Shown here in pieces: positions 10,337-20,354 of a stretch of DNA of 64,000 bases. Position numbers and translations under genes: made by a program. The DNA comes from a virus (taxonomy: Duplodnaviria > Caudoviricetes): IMG/VR virus record IMGVR_UViG_3300022602_000025; one strand, written 5' to 3'. The notes under the pieces were generated by a model. The model saw nothing but the letters and a program-made list of their open reading frames with translations, did no database searches and was not told where the DNA came from. Every line of letters begins with the position of its first letter. The stretch's first letter is position 1.

Positions 10337-12994
10337 ATGAAACCAATTGAAATTATTGCCAGCGATTTATTCGACAAAGTACGCAGTCGTTTTACCAACT
10401 TACAAATGGGTGACGAGGGCGGTGCTGTTACAGTAACCCCTGAAGATGCTAGATTTTTTGACTTTGACTTCGTTATTGAGGGCAATAATTTAGGCCGCGT
10501 TAGTATCAGTATTAACGAAACAGGCAATTTAAAGATTTATTACAGTCAGGGCATTACAGAAGCATCTGACAGTATTTCACAATCAATGTGGTATGATTTC
10601 TTACGTGAAATGCGTTTCTTTGCTAAACGCAGACTGTTAAGATTTGATACTAGAGATATAACCAAAGGTAACTTGGACAAGACAGATTTCCAGTACCTTG
10701 CACAGAATGGAAACAAGGATCCCAATATGAACGAATCAGCCATGTACGGAAGTTCTAAAACTTCACATAGAAAACTAGAAGACACTGATCTTATTATACG
10801 CCACTCAGAAGCAATTGATCCAACAAAGCCAGGCGCCCGTAGCCGTAAAATTAAGAACTTGTTTATTCAAAATTCTGAAGGCGAGCGTTTTAAATTTCCA
10901 TTCATTTATTTGCCTGGTGCCCGTGCTATGCAACGTCATATTGCTAACGGTGGTGTTCCACACGATGATGCAGGTAAACACATTATTAAAACTTGTGAAG
11001 AAATTGCCAAGTTAGGCGAGTTCCACAAGAAAGTAAAATACAGTACACTAAACGATAATGCACATGCTATCATTGAACGTGCTATTGATAAACTAAAAAA
11101 ATTACGCCATCACTGTGAGTGCATGAGCAAGCAAGGTTATTACGAGCAATGGAAAGAAGCGTTCCATCCAGATGAAGATAGCATTACAGAATTAGATGAT
11201 GCTACTATGGAAAGCTATCGTGATACATTTACACAAGAAAAGTTTGACGAAGCATTACAAGACATGTTCCCACTGATCCATCGTATCATGCAAGAAGCAG
11301 GTATAGTTGATTTAGAAGATTATGTAGGTGAAGATGTTAGTGGTCCAGCAGATGAGGAAGATGATCACGATCGTGGTTACAACGCATTTGAAACTTTTGA
11401 AGGTTGGGCAGATGCTATTGTTGAAAATACATTAGAGCCAGAAACAGTTACTCAGTTAAGCGCATTAATGACACAAGGTCTACCAGAGGGTGGGCAAGGT
11501 GTTGATGCGTACATTCAATCATTAAATGCTATGGGCATCGATGATGATTCACTAATGGATGCGTTAGAAAAGATCAATCAAATGAATCCTAACGCTGATG
11601 ATCAAACAATTAGATCAGTTATTGCAACTTGGTTGGAAGGAGAAGATCCACAAGCGGCTCAATCTATCCTATCACAAGCTCAGCCACAACAACAAGCACA
11701 AGCTGAACCTGCAGAGTCATTTGATATCGGTATGGGACAAGCTAATATGGGCGAAGATGCAGATCAATATATTGCATGTGTTGTTGACTTTGATCGTAGC
11801 GGACAACCTAAAGTTGCCCGTACAAAACCAGTTAGCAAAGAACGTGCTGAAGAAATTATTGCAGGTGCAAAAACTAAAAACACATTTACAAATCCTCCGT
11901 TCATGACAATCTATCCAGCAAGCGAAGGCAAACTAGACGGAGAAACAATCATGAAAAAATTCCCAGACATGAGCAAAGAAGATTCAGCGGCTATGGAAGA
12001 AACAATGAAGAATAAAGATGTTGCTGATAAGAGCTACTTAAAAACAGCAGGCAAAAAACAAGGTGTAGTAGGTAAGACTATCGACACAATGAAGCAAGCT
12101 GGTAAGTGGTTAGCAGGCAAAGGTGGCCCAGGTAAAGAAGGCCCAACATATGAAGGTTACTACCTAGGTCCAGAAGATCTTCCAGATTGGACTAAGGATG
12201 CTGTACATCGTGTTGCCGCAGGTAAAGTAAAAGATTGGACAGAATTATATGCTGAACTAATCAGCGATTTAGGCATCGAAGGCGACAAAGCAGAACGCAT
12301 CGCTCGTAGAATATACGGCCATGATTCACTTGCAAAATACAAAGTAAAAGCACAAGGCGATATGGAAAAAGATATCCCAAGCGACTCTGATAGCAGTGAC
12401 GACGATGCAGAGTTTTTAAGCAAGATGCGTAGTCAAGCACGTTCTGGTAGTATCAAATCAAACGACTTTGGTGCTGAAAAAGATGAAGATAGCATTGATC
12501 CAGACACAAGTGATGATGAGAAATTAATTGAACCAGAGGGTCCAAAACAAGCTAGCAAGGAAGATATTGCTAAAGCTGTTATTGGTTTCTTTGATAAAGA
12601 ACACGGCACATGGACTAAAGGTCGTCCTGGTATCGTAGCATCAGTAACACGTGAGTTTGGTGAAGAAGCAGGCGAACTAGCTAAACACTTAATCATCGCA
12701 CTAAGTAAAAAATATCCAATGCGTGATGAGCCAGAAACAGATGAGCCAGAAGTAGAATCTCAAATGGAATCAATTCGCAAGTTAGCAGGACTACCTGCAC
12801 TAACAGAAGCAGAAAAGAAAAAATGGGTCAAGGATGCTGTTAAGGGCGTTAAGAAAGGCGCACTAAGCAAGCAAGAAGGTAAAAAGAAAGGCGAGAAGTT
12901 TTCCAAAAGCGAACTAAAAGGTTTGAAAAAATCAGGTACACCGTTGGAAAAGAAACGTGCTAACTTTGCACTAAACATCCAAAAGAAAAAATAA
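10337..12994 (+). CDS. Large acidic multi-domain protein, putative internal virion protein
   Basis: 885 aa; TATAAATA-N5-ATG; acidic blocks, IRKLAGL motif, Lys-rich C-terminal module. Confidence 0.55.
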   Translation: MKPIEIIASDLFDKVRSRFTNLQMGDEGGAVTVTPEDARFFDFDFVIEGNNLGRVSISINETGNLKIYYSQGITEASDSISQSMWYDFLREMRFFAKRRLLRFDTRDITKGNLDKTDFQYLAQNGNKDPNMNESAMYGSSKTSHRKLEDTDLIIRHSEAIDPTKPGARSRKIKNLFIQNSEGERFKFPFIYLPGARAMQRHIANGGVPHDDAGKHIIKTCEEIAKLGEFHKKVKYSTLNDNAHAIIERAIDKLKKLRHHCECMSKQGYYEQWKEAFHPDEDSITELDDATMESYRDTFTQEKFDEALQDMFPLIHRIMQEAGIVDLEDYVGEDVSGPADEEDDHDRGYNAFETFEGWADAIVENTLEPETVTQLSALMTQGLPEGGQGVDAYIQSLNAMGIDDDSLMDALEKINQMNPNADDQTIRSVIATWLEGEDPQAAQSILSQAQPQQQAQAEPAESFDIGMGQANMGEDADQYIACVVDFDRSGQPKVARTKPVSKERAEEIIAGAKTKNTFTNPPFMTIYPASEGKLDGETIMKKFPDMSKEDSAAMEETMKNKDVADKSYLKTAGKKQGVVGKTIDTMKQAGKWLAGKGGPGKEGPTYEGYYLGPEDLPDWTKDAVHRVAAGKVKDWTELYAELISDLGIEGDKAERIARRIYGHDSLAKYKVKAQGDMEKDIPSDSDSSDDDAEFLSKMRSQARSGSIKSNDFGAEKDEDSIDPDTSDDEKLIEPEGPKQASKEDIAKAVIGFFDKEHGTWTKGRPGIVASVTREFGEEAGELAKHLIIALSKKYPMRDEPETDEPEVESQMESIRKLAGLPALTEAEKKKWVKDAVKGVKKGALSKQEGKKKGEKFSKSELKGLKKSGTPLEKKRANFALNIQKKK

Positions 12995-13005
12995 TCAAAT
13001 AAATC

Positions 13006-13034
13006 TTGACTAACTAAGAAAACTAGCATATAAT
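13006..13034 (+). promoter_or_regulatory. Sigma70-type promoter overlapping a terminator hairpin
   Basis: TTGACT(13006)-17-TATAAT(13029). Confidence 0.8.
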
Positions 13035-13053
13035 AATGTATGCTAGTTTTTTT
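13019..13053 (+). terminator. Terminator hairpin after 885-aa gene
   Basis: AAAACTAGCATA-8-TATGCTAGTTTT plus T tract. Confidence 0.8.
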
Positions 13054-13070
13054 ATCTCTGAAGGTTTCTT

Positions 13071-13631
13071 ATGAATTATAATTGCCCTTGGTATTTCAAA
13101 ATACCAAATCACGTACCTCCAACAGTATGCGATGCTATTATTAGTCAAGCTCGAGAGCTGGAACTTAGACAAGCTAGAATTGGATTAAACCCAGATCAAT
13201 CTGTATTAGATGATCAAACTAGAAATAATAAAATTGCATTTATTAGCCGCGATAGTTGGTTAAGCGGAATCCTAACAAGTTTTGGTGCGATGGCAAATGA
13301 CAAAGCCCACTGGAATTTTCATATTGCAGAATCTGATGATATACAAATAGCATCTTACAAAGAAGGCGAAAAATACGACTGGCACACTGACGAAAGCATC
13401 CTATCTCGCATGGGTGCAGTACAACGTAAAATAACAGTGGTATTACAGCTAAACAACACTAGTGAATTTACAGGTGGCGGACTATTCCTAAAAGGAGTAG
13501 AAGGTAATTTATTAGCCAATCAAGGCGACATCGTTGCGTTTCCTTCTTATATGGAACACATCGCAGAAACAGTAACCTCAGGTGAACGGCTTTCTGCAGC
13601 AACTTGGATAATGGGAAATTATTTTTCATGA
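13071..13631 (+). CDS. 2OG-Fe(II) oxygenase, PKHD/PiuC-like
   Basis: Y.EGEKYDWHTD, RKITVVLQL, F.GG.L, FPSY..H...VTSGER. Confidence 0.85.
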   Translation: MNYNCPWYFKIPNHVPPTVCDAIISQARELELRQARIGLNPDQSVLDDQTRNNKIAFISRDSWLSGILTSFGAMANDKAHWNFHIAESDDIQIASYKEGEKYDWHTDESILSRMGAVQRKITVVLQLNNTSEFTGGGLFLKGVEGNLLANQGDIVAFPSYMEHIAETVTSGERLSAATWIMGNYFS

Positions 13632-14248
13632 TTAAAGATAACGTAATTATAATTGACAACGCAATCAGCGAAGGTCAACAAGACATATTAGAACAACTGT
13701 GTACCAGTGTAGACTTTCCTTGGTACTATCAGCAATCTGCGGCCTATAGTCCAGAGATGTATAAGCTGATGGGAGACAACTTGTATTTCCCAGTTACTGA
13801 TCAATCTCGCGAAACTCCGTTTTTATGTCATGTAGTGTATAACTCAGTGGAAAAGGCTGTAACACACTTTTTACATTATTTTACACCATTGATTACAGCG
13901 GTACCTACTACAGTTGATCAACTGATTAGTATCAGAACTAATCTAACATATCCAGACCCTAGTGCAGGTCCTAATACTCACGGAATGCCACACGTAGATT
14001 GTGATCATCCAAGATTAATCACAGCGATCTATTATGTAAACGACAGCGATGGTGAAACTATTATTTTTAACCAACGCAGAGGATCACCCGATGAGCTCAC
14101 AATCAAACAACGAATCATGCCAAAGCGTGGCAGACTGGTTGTATTTGATGGCACATTCTTACACGCAGGCAACACTCCACGCAACGGTGGACCACGAATT
14201 GTTGTTAATTTGAATATGATTGGATATACCAATAATACGGCAAATTAA
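13628..14248 (+). CDS. 2OG-Fe(II) oxygenase (cyanophage-type)
   Basis: PHVD, TAIYYVNDSDG.T, PKRGRLVVFDG..LHAG, R.V.N; start chosen at ATG 13628. Confidence 0.75.
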   Translation: MIKDNVIIIDNAISEGQQDILEQLCTSVDFPWYYQQSAAYSPEMYKLMGDNLYFPVTDQSRETPFLCHVVYNSVEKAVTHFLHYFTPLITAVPTTVDQLISIRTNLTYPDPSAGPNTHGMPHVDCDHPRLITAIYYVNDSDGETIIFNQRRGSPDELTIKQRIMPKRGRLVVFDGTFLHAGNTPRNGGPRIVVNLNMIGYTNNTAN

Positions 14249-14272
14249 TATCAAAATTATTATGTTATTCTA

Positions 14273-14301
14273 TTGACATGATAAATAAACTAGCATACAA
14301 T
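14273..14301 (+). promoter_or_regulatory. Composite sigma70 plus late promoter for ssb
   Basis: TTGACA(14273)-17-TACAAT(14296) with TAAATA (14282-14287) in the spacer. Confidence 0.8.
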
Positions 14302-14384
14302 GTAATGTATGCAAAGATTCTTAGATGTAGTTGCATTTAAGAAACAGGCATAAAACAAAGGCACATAATATAAGGAGAAATAAC

Positions 14385-15398
14385 ATGGCATCTTTGGCAG
14401 AAATTAGAGCAAAACTTCAGGCATCAAGCCAACAAAACACTGGCGGTTCCGCTGGTGGTGACAACGCAATTTTCGCACACTGGAACATCAAAGAAGGTAG
14501 TACTACAACAGTACGTTTCCTACCTGATGCAGACCCAAACAACACTTTCTTCTGGATTGAACGAGCAATGATCAAATTGCCATTCGCCGGAATCAAAGGT
14601 GAAACAAATTCCAAACCCGTAACAGTACAAGTACCTTGCATGGAAATGTGGGGAGAAACTTGTCCTATTCTTACTGAGGTTCGTCCTTGGTTTAAAGACA
14701 AGAGCTTGGAAGATATGGGTCGTAAGTATTGGAAAAAGCGTAGTTACTTGTTCCAAGGTTTTGTAACTAACACCGATTTACAAGAAGATAAAACACCAGA
14801 AAATCCAATCCGTCGTTTTATCATTGGTAGCCAAATTTTCAATCTTGTTAAGAATGCTCTTATGGATTCTGAGATTGAAGAACTACCAACAGACTATGTT
14901 CGTGGTTTAGATTTCAAAATCACAAAAACATCAAAGGGTGGTTATGCAGACTATTCAACATCAACTTGGGCTCGTCGTGAACGTACTTTGAGCGATGAAG
15001 AAAAAGCCGCTATTGACACTCATGGTTTGTTTGATTTAAAATCATTCTTACCTAAGAAACCAGGCGAAGTAGAACTCAAGGTTATCAAAGAAATGTTCGA
15101 AGCATCAGTAGATGGCGAAGCATTTGATATGGACCGTTGGGGACAATACTACAAGCCAGCAGGTATGGGTGGTAGTGGTCAAGCAACTGGTGCTCCAAAA
15201 GCATCAGCAGCTGTGTCAACAACCGCAGGAGAAGATGATGAGGCCCCTTTTGAGACAGCGGCGTCAGCACCCGCAGCTCAAGTTGCTGAAAAGGCTCCTG
15301 TGGCAGAGAAAACTGAATCAGCGTCAGCAGGTTCGGATGCAAGTGATAGAGCAAAAGATATCCTTGCAATGATTCGCAATCGCCAAGCAAAACAATAA
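14385..15398 (+). CDS. Single-stranded DNA-binding protein (T4 gp32-like)
   Basis: VRFLP, VPC.E.WGETCPI, KKRSY, G..IF, G.DF...K..KGGYADY; acidic/Ala-rich tail; AAGGAG SD gives start 14385. Confidence 0.85.
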   Translation: MASLAEIRAKLQASSQQNTGGSAGGDNAIFAHWNIKEGSTTTVRFLPDADPNNTFFWIERAMIKLPFAGIKGETNSKPVTVQVPCMEMWGETCPILTEVRPWFKDKSLEDMGRKYWKKRSYLFQGFVTNTDLQEDKTPENPIRRFIIGSQIFNLVKNALMDSEIEELPTDYVRGLDFKITKTSKGGYADYSTSTWARRERTLSDEEKAAIDTHGLFDLKSFLPKKPGEVELKVIKEMFEASVDGEAFDMDRWGQYYKPAGMGGSGQATGAPKASAAVSTTAGEDDEAPFETAASAPAAQVAEKAPVAEKTESASAGSDASDRAKDILAMIRNRQAKQ

Positions 15399-15411
15399 TT
15401 AGGAGATAGGC

Positions 15412-16479
15412 ATGACAAAGAGCTTTGATATTTCGAAGTTCCGTAAGTCTATCACTAAATCTATTGATGGCTTAGGAATTGGTTTCAACGATCCAACAGA
15501 TTGGATCTCAACTGGCAACTATGCACTAAACTATCTTATCTCAGGGGACTTCTTTAAGGGAGTTCCCCTTGGTAAGGTTACAGTTTTTGCAGGAGAGTCG
15601 GGCGCAGGTAAATCATATATCTGTTCAGGTAACATTATTAAGTCCGCACAAGAACAGGGCATTTTTGTTGTCTTAATTGACACAGAAAACGCACTAGATC
15701 AAGCGTGGTTAGAAGCATTAGGTGTTGATATTTCAGAAGAAAAACTTTTGAAACTTAACATGGCGATGATTGATGATGTTGCAAAAACTATCAACGAGTT
15801 CATGAAAGAATACAAATCAATGCCAGACGAAGAACGTCCAAAGGTATTGTTTGTAATCGACTCACTTGGTATGTTGCTTACTCCAACTGACGTAAATCAG
15901 TTTGAAGCAGGCGACTTAAAAGGTGATATGGGCCGTAAACCTAAAGCACTTACAGCATTAGTTCGTAACTGTGTAAATCAGTTTGGTAACTATAATGTTG
16001 GACTTGTTTGTACAAATCACACATACGCTAGTCAAGATATGTTTGATCCAGATGATAAAATCTCAGGCGGACAAGGCTTCGTTTACGCAAGTTCTATCGT
16101 GGTTGCCATGAAGAAGTTGAAGTTGAAAGAAGACGAAGATGGTAATAAAGTAAGTGATGTATTGGGTATTCGTAGTGCTTGTAAGATTATGAAAACTCGT
16201 TACGCAAAACCGTTTGAAAGTGTACAAGTTAAGATTCCGTACTCAACAGGTATGGCTCCTACTTCCGGATTAGTTGACATGTTCGAGAAAATGGGTGTAT
16301 TATCTAAAGTCGGGAATAAATTAGCATACACTAGTAAGGAAACTGGTGAGATTGTTGCAGAGTTCCGTAAAAACTGGACTGAAGATAAGTTACATATCAT
16401 CATGAAAGAATGGGATGCTAACGCTCTCGCAACTACTACAACAACAACTACTACTGACGCAGAGGAAGAAGAAGCATAA
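15412..16479 (+). CDS. uvsX: RecA-like recombinase
   Basis: ISTGNYALN, GESGAGKS, LIDTENA, VIDSLG, NHTY, SGGQG..YASS. Confidence 0.92.
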   Translation: MTKSFDISKFRKSITKSIDGLGIGFNDPTDWISTGNYALNYLISGDFFKGVPLGKVTVFAGESGAGKSYICSGNIIKSAQEQGIFVVLIDTENALDQAWLEALGVDISEEKLLKLNMAMIDDVAKTINEFMKEYKSMPDEERPKVLFVIDSLGMLLTPTDVNQFEAGDLKGDMGRKPKALTALVRNCVNQFGNYNVGLVCTNHTYASQDMFDPDDKISGGQGFVYASSIVVAMKKLKLKEDEDGNKVSDVLGIRSACKIMKTRYAKPFESVQVKIPYSTGMAPTSGLVDMFEKMGVLSKVGNKLAYTSKETGEIVAEFRKNWTEDKLHIIMKEWDANALATTTTTTTTDAEEEEA

Positions 16480-16728
16480 ATGGATGAACATCTAATTATG
16501 ACAATTTGGGATATGTTCCGTGAATATATCCCTGAGAAAAATCGTGAAATGGCAGCAAATCAATATGTTGATTTTTTGTTGGGTAATGATATTGACGTGG
16601 ACACACTTCAATCTTACACAGGATATGATCCTCATCTTGATGAAGCTATAAAATCTGTAACCGATGAAGAAGAATCTTTTGAAGAAGAAGATGACGGCTA
16701 CGGGTACGACGAAGACGAGGATTATTAA
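16480..16728 (+). CDS. Hypothetical protein with acidic tail
   Basis: 82 aa, coupled between uvsX and uvsY. Confidence 0.65.
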   Translation: MDEHLIMTIWDMFREYIPEKNREMAANQYVDFLLGNDIDVDTLQSYTGYDPHLDEAIKSVTDEEESFEEEDDGYGYDEDEDY

Positions 16729-17183
16729 TGAGCTGGTACTCAAAAGTTAGTAAAGATATTAGTCATCTGCCTGACTGTATTGAGTACTATTACGGCGAAT
16801 TAACCACAGCACGGCAAGAGGTTAAGGTCTATGGAAACTTAGAAAAAACCTCTGCTGCGCTGCCCGGAATTGTTGAACACAGATTTAATCAATTGCAGGA
16901 AATCGAAGGTGTGTTGGAGTATCTGAACATCGAACTCCGACGCACTCGTTCGAAAGCATTTAAAAAATATTTGGAAAACTATCAACGTGCTTTGAGCAGT
17001 CGTGATTGCGAAAAGTATTGTGAAGGTGAGCCAGATGTTGTTGATCTAGAAAAGATCGTAAACGAATTTGCTCTATTAAGAAATCAATGGTTAGGCATTA
17101 TTAAGGCGTTAGATATCAAGCAATGGCAAGTATCTAATATTATTAAACTACGTACCGCAGGTATGGAAGACGTGCAAATTTAA
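16728..17183 (+). CDS. uvsY: Recombination mediator (UvsY-like)
   Basis: Helical; Y..ALSSRD.EKY..GE..V, W.GIIKAL..K.W.....I.LR.AG; between uvsX and uvsW. Confidence 0.7.
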   Translation: MSWYSKVSKDISHLPDCIEYYYGELTTARQEVKVYGNLEKTSAALPGIVEHRFNQLQEIEGVLEYLNIELRRTRSKAFKKYLENYQRALSSRDCEKYCEGEPDVVDLEKIVNEFALLRNQWLGIIKALDIKQWQVSNIIKLRTAGMEDVQI

Positions 17184-17184
17184 T

Positions 17185-18408
17185 ATGTTCATTGAAGACA
17201 TTATCTTAAAAGTTACCAACTTTAATTCGTGGGTAATTGGCGGCACATCAGTATCTATTAACTGGGCGCCTCAAGACGAGAAGTTTATCTACAGTATTGC
17301 TGAGCAGATTGCGTATTCTAAAAATTCGCTAACAGAAAAGCAAGCCATATACATAGTTAGACTATTGAATAGAAATAGAGATCAAATCATTCCTTACATT
17401 CCTCATCTTGATTCTTTTTTGATTAGTCCTAAATGGAAGGATCCGTTTAGAGTATTGCCTAGATCTAAGAAATTAGACATTGAAAAACTGAATGACGAAT
17501 TAGTCATTACAGCTGAGTTTCCATTTGACACAATTATCGTAGAAACCCTGCGTAAACAAAATTCAACAGCACGTATGTTTGAAAAAGGTGCGTGGAGTAA
17601 TGACGTTAGAAAGTGGGTATACCCGTTGAATGAAAACAATATTCTCAAACTTGGTGATATGCTATTGCCACGAGAATTTTCAGCATCAGACGAATTTCTA
17701 AATCTCTATCAAGAAGCAAAAGTCATTCGTGATGATATAGAAAAGCACTTACCGATGGTAGTGTTGGACGACAACAAATACCAAATTAAAAACGCACACC
17801 GTAATATACCTCAGCCAGAAACAGACAATGTTACTACGGCTCTGTTCCATGCTAGAAAATATGGAATACACATTTGGGATGACGAAATCCAAAAACAATT
17901 TGATGATCAAGTCAAGCCTATTACCAAAAAAATACTATTGCATCAGTCTGGTACTAATGAACAGCTATGGATTGACAGTCGTGTAATTCCACTTGATGCG
18001 TTTGACGACTTGATTAATAACAGCGAAAAAATATTGGTAATCATTCCTGGTGGAAGTGAACTAGAAATGATTAAACAATGGAATGAGCTTGCACTACGCA
18101 ACGGATTATCTCGTGAACGTTTGTCAGTATTGTTCCGCTTGCCTAACGAACAAGCAGACTTTAACAAATACGTGAAAGATAATCTTTTAAACAACCCAAT
18201 TGATGAAAATACCAAAATTGTTTTCATCAGTACTAAAATCACTAAACCATTAGTAAAAGCAGGTCTACAGTTTGACACAATTTTTAATCTAGGCTATTAT
18301 AGCTCGATGCATTTTAGTGTTTCCGCTGTGGTTGAAAATGTTTGTAATTTAGTGTATTATAGTATGAAGGAACCGAATCCACGCAGACAATGGCAACAGC
18401 TAAGATAA
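17185..18408 (+). CDS. Hypothetical protein
   Basis: 407-aa ORF in replication operon. Confidence 0.7.
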   Translation: MFIEDIILKVTNFNSWVIGGTSVSINWAPQDEKFIYSIAEQIAYSKNSLTEKQAIYIVRLLNRNRDQIIPYIPHLDSFLISPKWKDPFRVLPRSKKLDIEKLNDELVITAEFPFDTIIVETLRKQNSTARMFEKGAWSNDVRKWVYPLNENNILKLGDMLLPREFSASDEFLNLYQEAKVIRDDIEKHLPMVVLDDNKYQIKNAHRNIPQPETDNVTTALFHARKYGIHIWDDEIQKQFDDQVKPITKKILLHQSGTNEQLWIDSRVIPLDAFDDLINNSEKILVIIPGGSELEMIKQWNELALRNGLSRERLSVLFRLPNEQADFNKYVKDNLLNNPIDENTKIVFISTKITKPLVKAGLQFDTIFNLGYYSSMHFSVSAVVENVCNLVYYSMKEPNPRRQWQQLR

Positions 18409-19850
18409 CAATTAAAGACGAAGTCAATGTTAAAATTGAAGGATTAGATCTTGACACACGGAAAGATTTAGTTAAGAAATTTAAGTATTTTGACCAAAAG
18501 GCCCGCTATATGCCGGCCTACCGCCTTGGGCGTTGGGATGGATGTACTCCATTTTTTGGACTAGGTGGAACCACTTATGTTAGTCTATTAGACAGGGTGT
18601 TACCACTTTTAGACCAGTGGGGATACTACATTGAAGTAGAGGACCTAAGACGCCCAATTACCCTGGAATTTCCCAAAGTTCAGGCAGATTTTTGGGGTGA
18701 TGCGACATGGCCAGAAGGACACAGATTTGCTGGTGAGCCAATTCGTTTACGTGATGACCAAGTTGAGGTAGTCAACAAGTTCCTTGAGAATCCACAATGT
18801 ATCCAAGAAATTGCCACTGGCTTTGGTAAGACAATTACCACCGCAACTTTGGCGAAAATTTGTGAAAAATACGGTCGAACAGTGACTATTGTTCCAAACA
18901 AAAGTTTAGTTGAACAAACTGAAGAAGACTTTATCAACTGTGGTTTAGACGTTGGTGTGTACTACGGCGACAGAAAAGATTTAGATAAAACGCACACAAT
19001 CTGTACTTGGCAAAGTTTGAATATTTTGGACAAAAAAGGCAAAAATGCCTCAGAAAATGAGGAAATTTTGACCGTTGCAGAATTGCTGGATAATGTGAAA
19101 ACTGTCATGGTTGACGAAGTTCATATGGCCAAGGCAGAAGTTTTAAAAAACTTGCTAACTCGCAACCTTGCTTACACACCAATCCGTTGGGGTTTAACAG
19201 GAACCATTCCAAAAGAGGATATTGACTTCGAAAATATCCGTGCAAGCCTGGGAGAAGTGGTTCATCGTGTCAAGGCACATGAATTGCAAGAAGCAGGTGT
19301 GTTAAGCGATTGTCATGTGAATATTGTACAGACGCAAGAGTGGAAAGAGTTTGGAAGTTACCCAGAAGAATTAAAATATCTTGTCACAGATGATAACAGA
19401 ATGGCATGGGTAGCCAAGCTAATTAACAAAATTTCTGATTCAGGAAACACTCTAGTACTAGTAGATAGAATTGAATCAGGAAAGTTTTTAGTAAATGAAT
19501 TACCTGACTCAGTTTTTATCAGCGGTGCTGTAAAAACAAAAGATAGAAAAGAAGAATATGATGAAGTTAAAACTGCTGATAACAAGATTATTGTGGCGAC
19601 TTACGGTGTGGCCGCTGTGGGTATTAATATTCCTCGGATTTTCAATATGGTGCTTCTGGAGCCCGGAAAGAGCTTTGTCCGCGTTATCCAATCTATTGGA
19701 CGAGGCATTCGCAAAGCAGACGATAAAGACTTCGTCCAAATCTGGGACATAACAGCAAATTCAAAATATGCGAAACGACACTTGACAGAGCGAAAAAAAT
19801 ACTACAAAGAAGCCAAGTACCCGTTTACAATTGAAAAGGTTAAAATATAA
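18390..19850 (+). CDS. uvsW: SF2 DNA helicase (UvsW-like)
   Basis: ATGFGKT, VDEVH, GLTGT, ATYGVAAVGINIP, QSIGRGIR. Confidence 0.92.
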   Translation: MATAKITIKDEVNVKIEGLDLDTRKDLVKKFKYFDQKARYMPAYRLGRWDGCTPFFGLGGTTYVSLLDRVLPLLDQWGYYIEVEDLRRPITLEFPKVQADFWGDATWPEGHRFAGEPIRLRDDQVEVVNKFLENPQCIQEIATGFGKTITTATLAKICEKYGRTVTIVPNKSLVEQTEEDFINCGLDVGVYYGDRKDLDKTHTICTWQSLNILDKKGKNASENEEILTVAELLDNVKTVMVDEVHMAKAEVLKNLLTRNLAYTPIRWGLTGTIPKEDIDFENIRASLGEVVHRVKAHELQEAGVLSDCHVNIVQTQEWKEFGSYPEELKYLVTDDNRMAWVAKLINKISDSGNTLVLVDRIESGKFLVNELPDSVFISGAVKTKDRKEEYDEVKTADNKIIVATYGVAAVGINIPRIFNMVLLEPGKSFVRVIQSIGRGIRKADDKDFVQIWDITANSKYAKRHLTERKKYYKEAKYPFTIEKVKI

Positions 19851-20353
19851 TGCAAATACTAACGTTAGATAACAAGACATTCTATCTGAATGATCTTCCA
19901 GAAGAAATAGATGAGGATCTTAGATATGCTGTCATGGATAACAGTGACCCGCATAATCCAGATTATTTTTATCTACCCTTAATCTTTTTAGAATCATTTA
20001 GTGGTCCTGCCGCTGTATTGAGAATAGGAAAACATGAAGTAACCATGCCGTTAGACTGGTGTACGATCGTAGGAGATCCTACAGGACCAGAGATGGAAGT
20101 GCTTCCGTTAACCAGTTTGAATGATCGTGGGTTTAAGACTTTCTGTTTTAATCCGCTGAAGAGCTTTAGACCAGAGTTCCATGAAATTGACATCATTAAT
20201 GTGTACCCAGAAGTTAAATGGTACTTCCCTAAAATGAAACCAGGACAGCTATTATGTACACCGTTGCATAGTGGAGGAAATCCGTTGTGCGCCTACTTTG
20301 TTAAAGAAGTCAGCAGACAAAGCGAAGTAGTATATTATACTAAGTGTTGGTAA
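19850..20353 (+). CDS. Hypothetical protein (beta-rich)
   Basis: 167 aa, coupled to uvsW. Confidence 0.65.
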   Translation: MQILTLDNKTFYLNDLPEEIDEDLRYAVMDNSDPHNPDYFYLPLIFLESFSGPAAVLRIGKHEVTMPLDWCTIVGDPTGPEMEVLPLTSLNDRGFKTFCFNPLKSFRPEFHEIDIINVYPEVKWYFPKMKPGQLLCTPLHSGGNPLCAYFVKEVSRQSEVVYYTKCW

Positions 20354-20354
20354 T

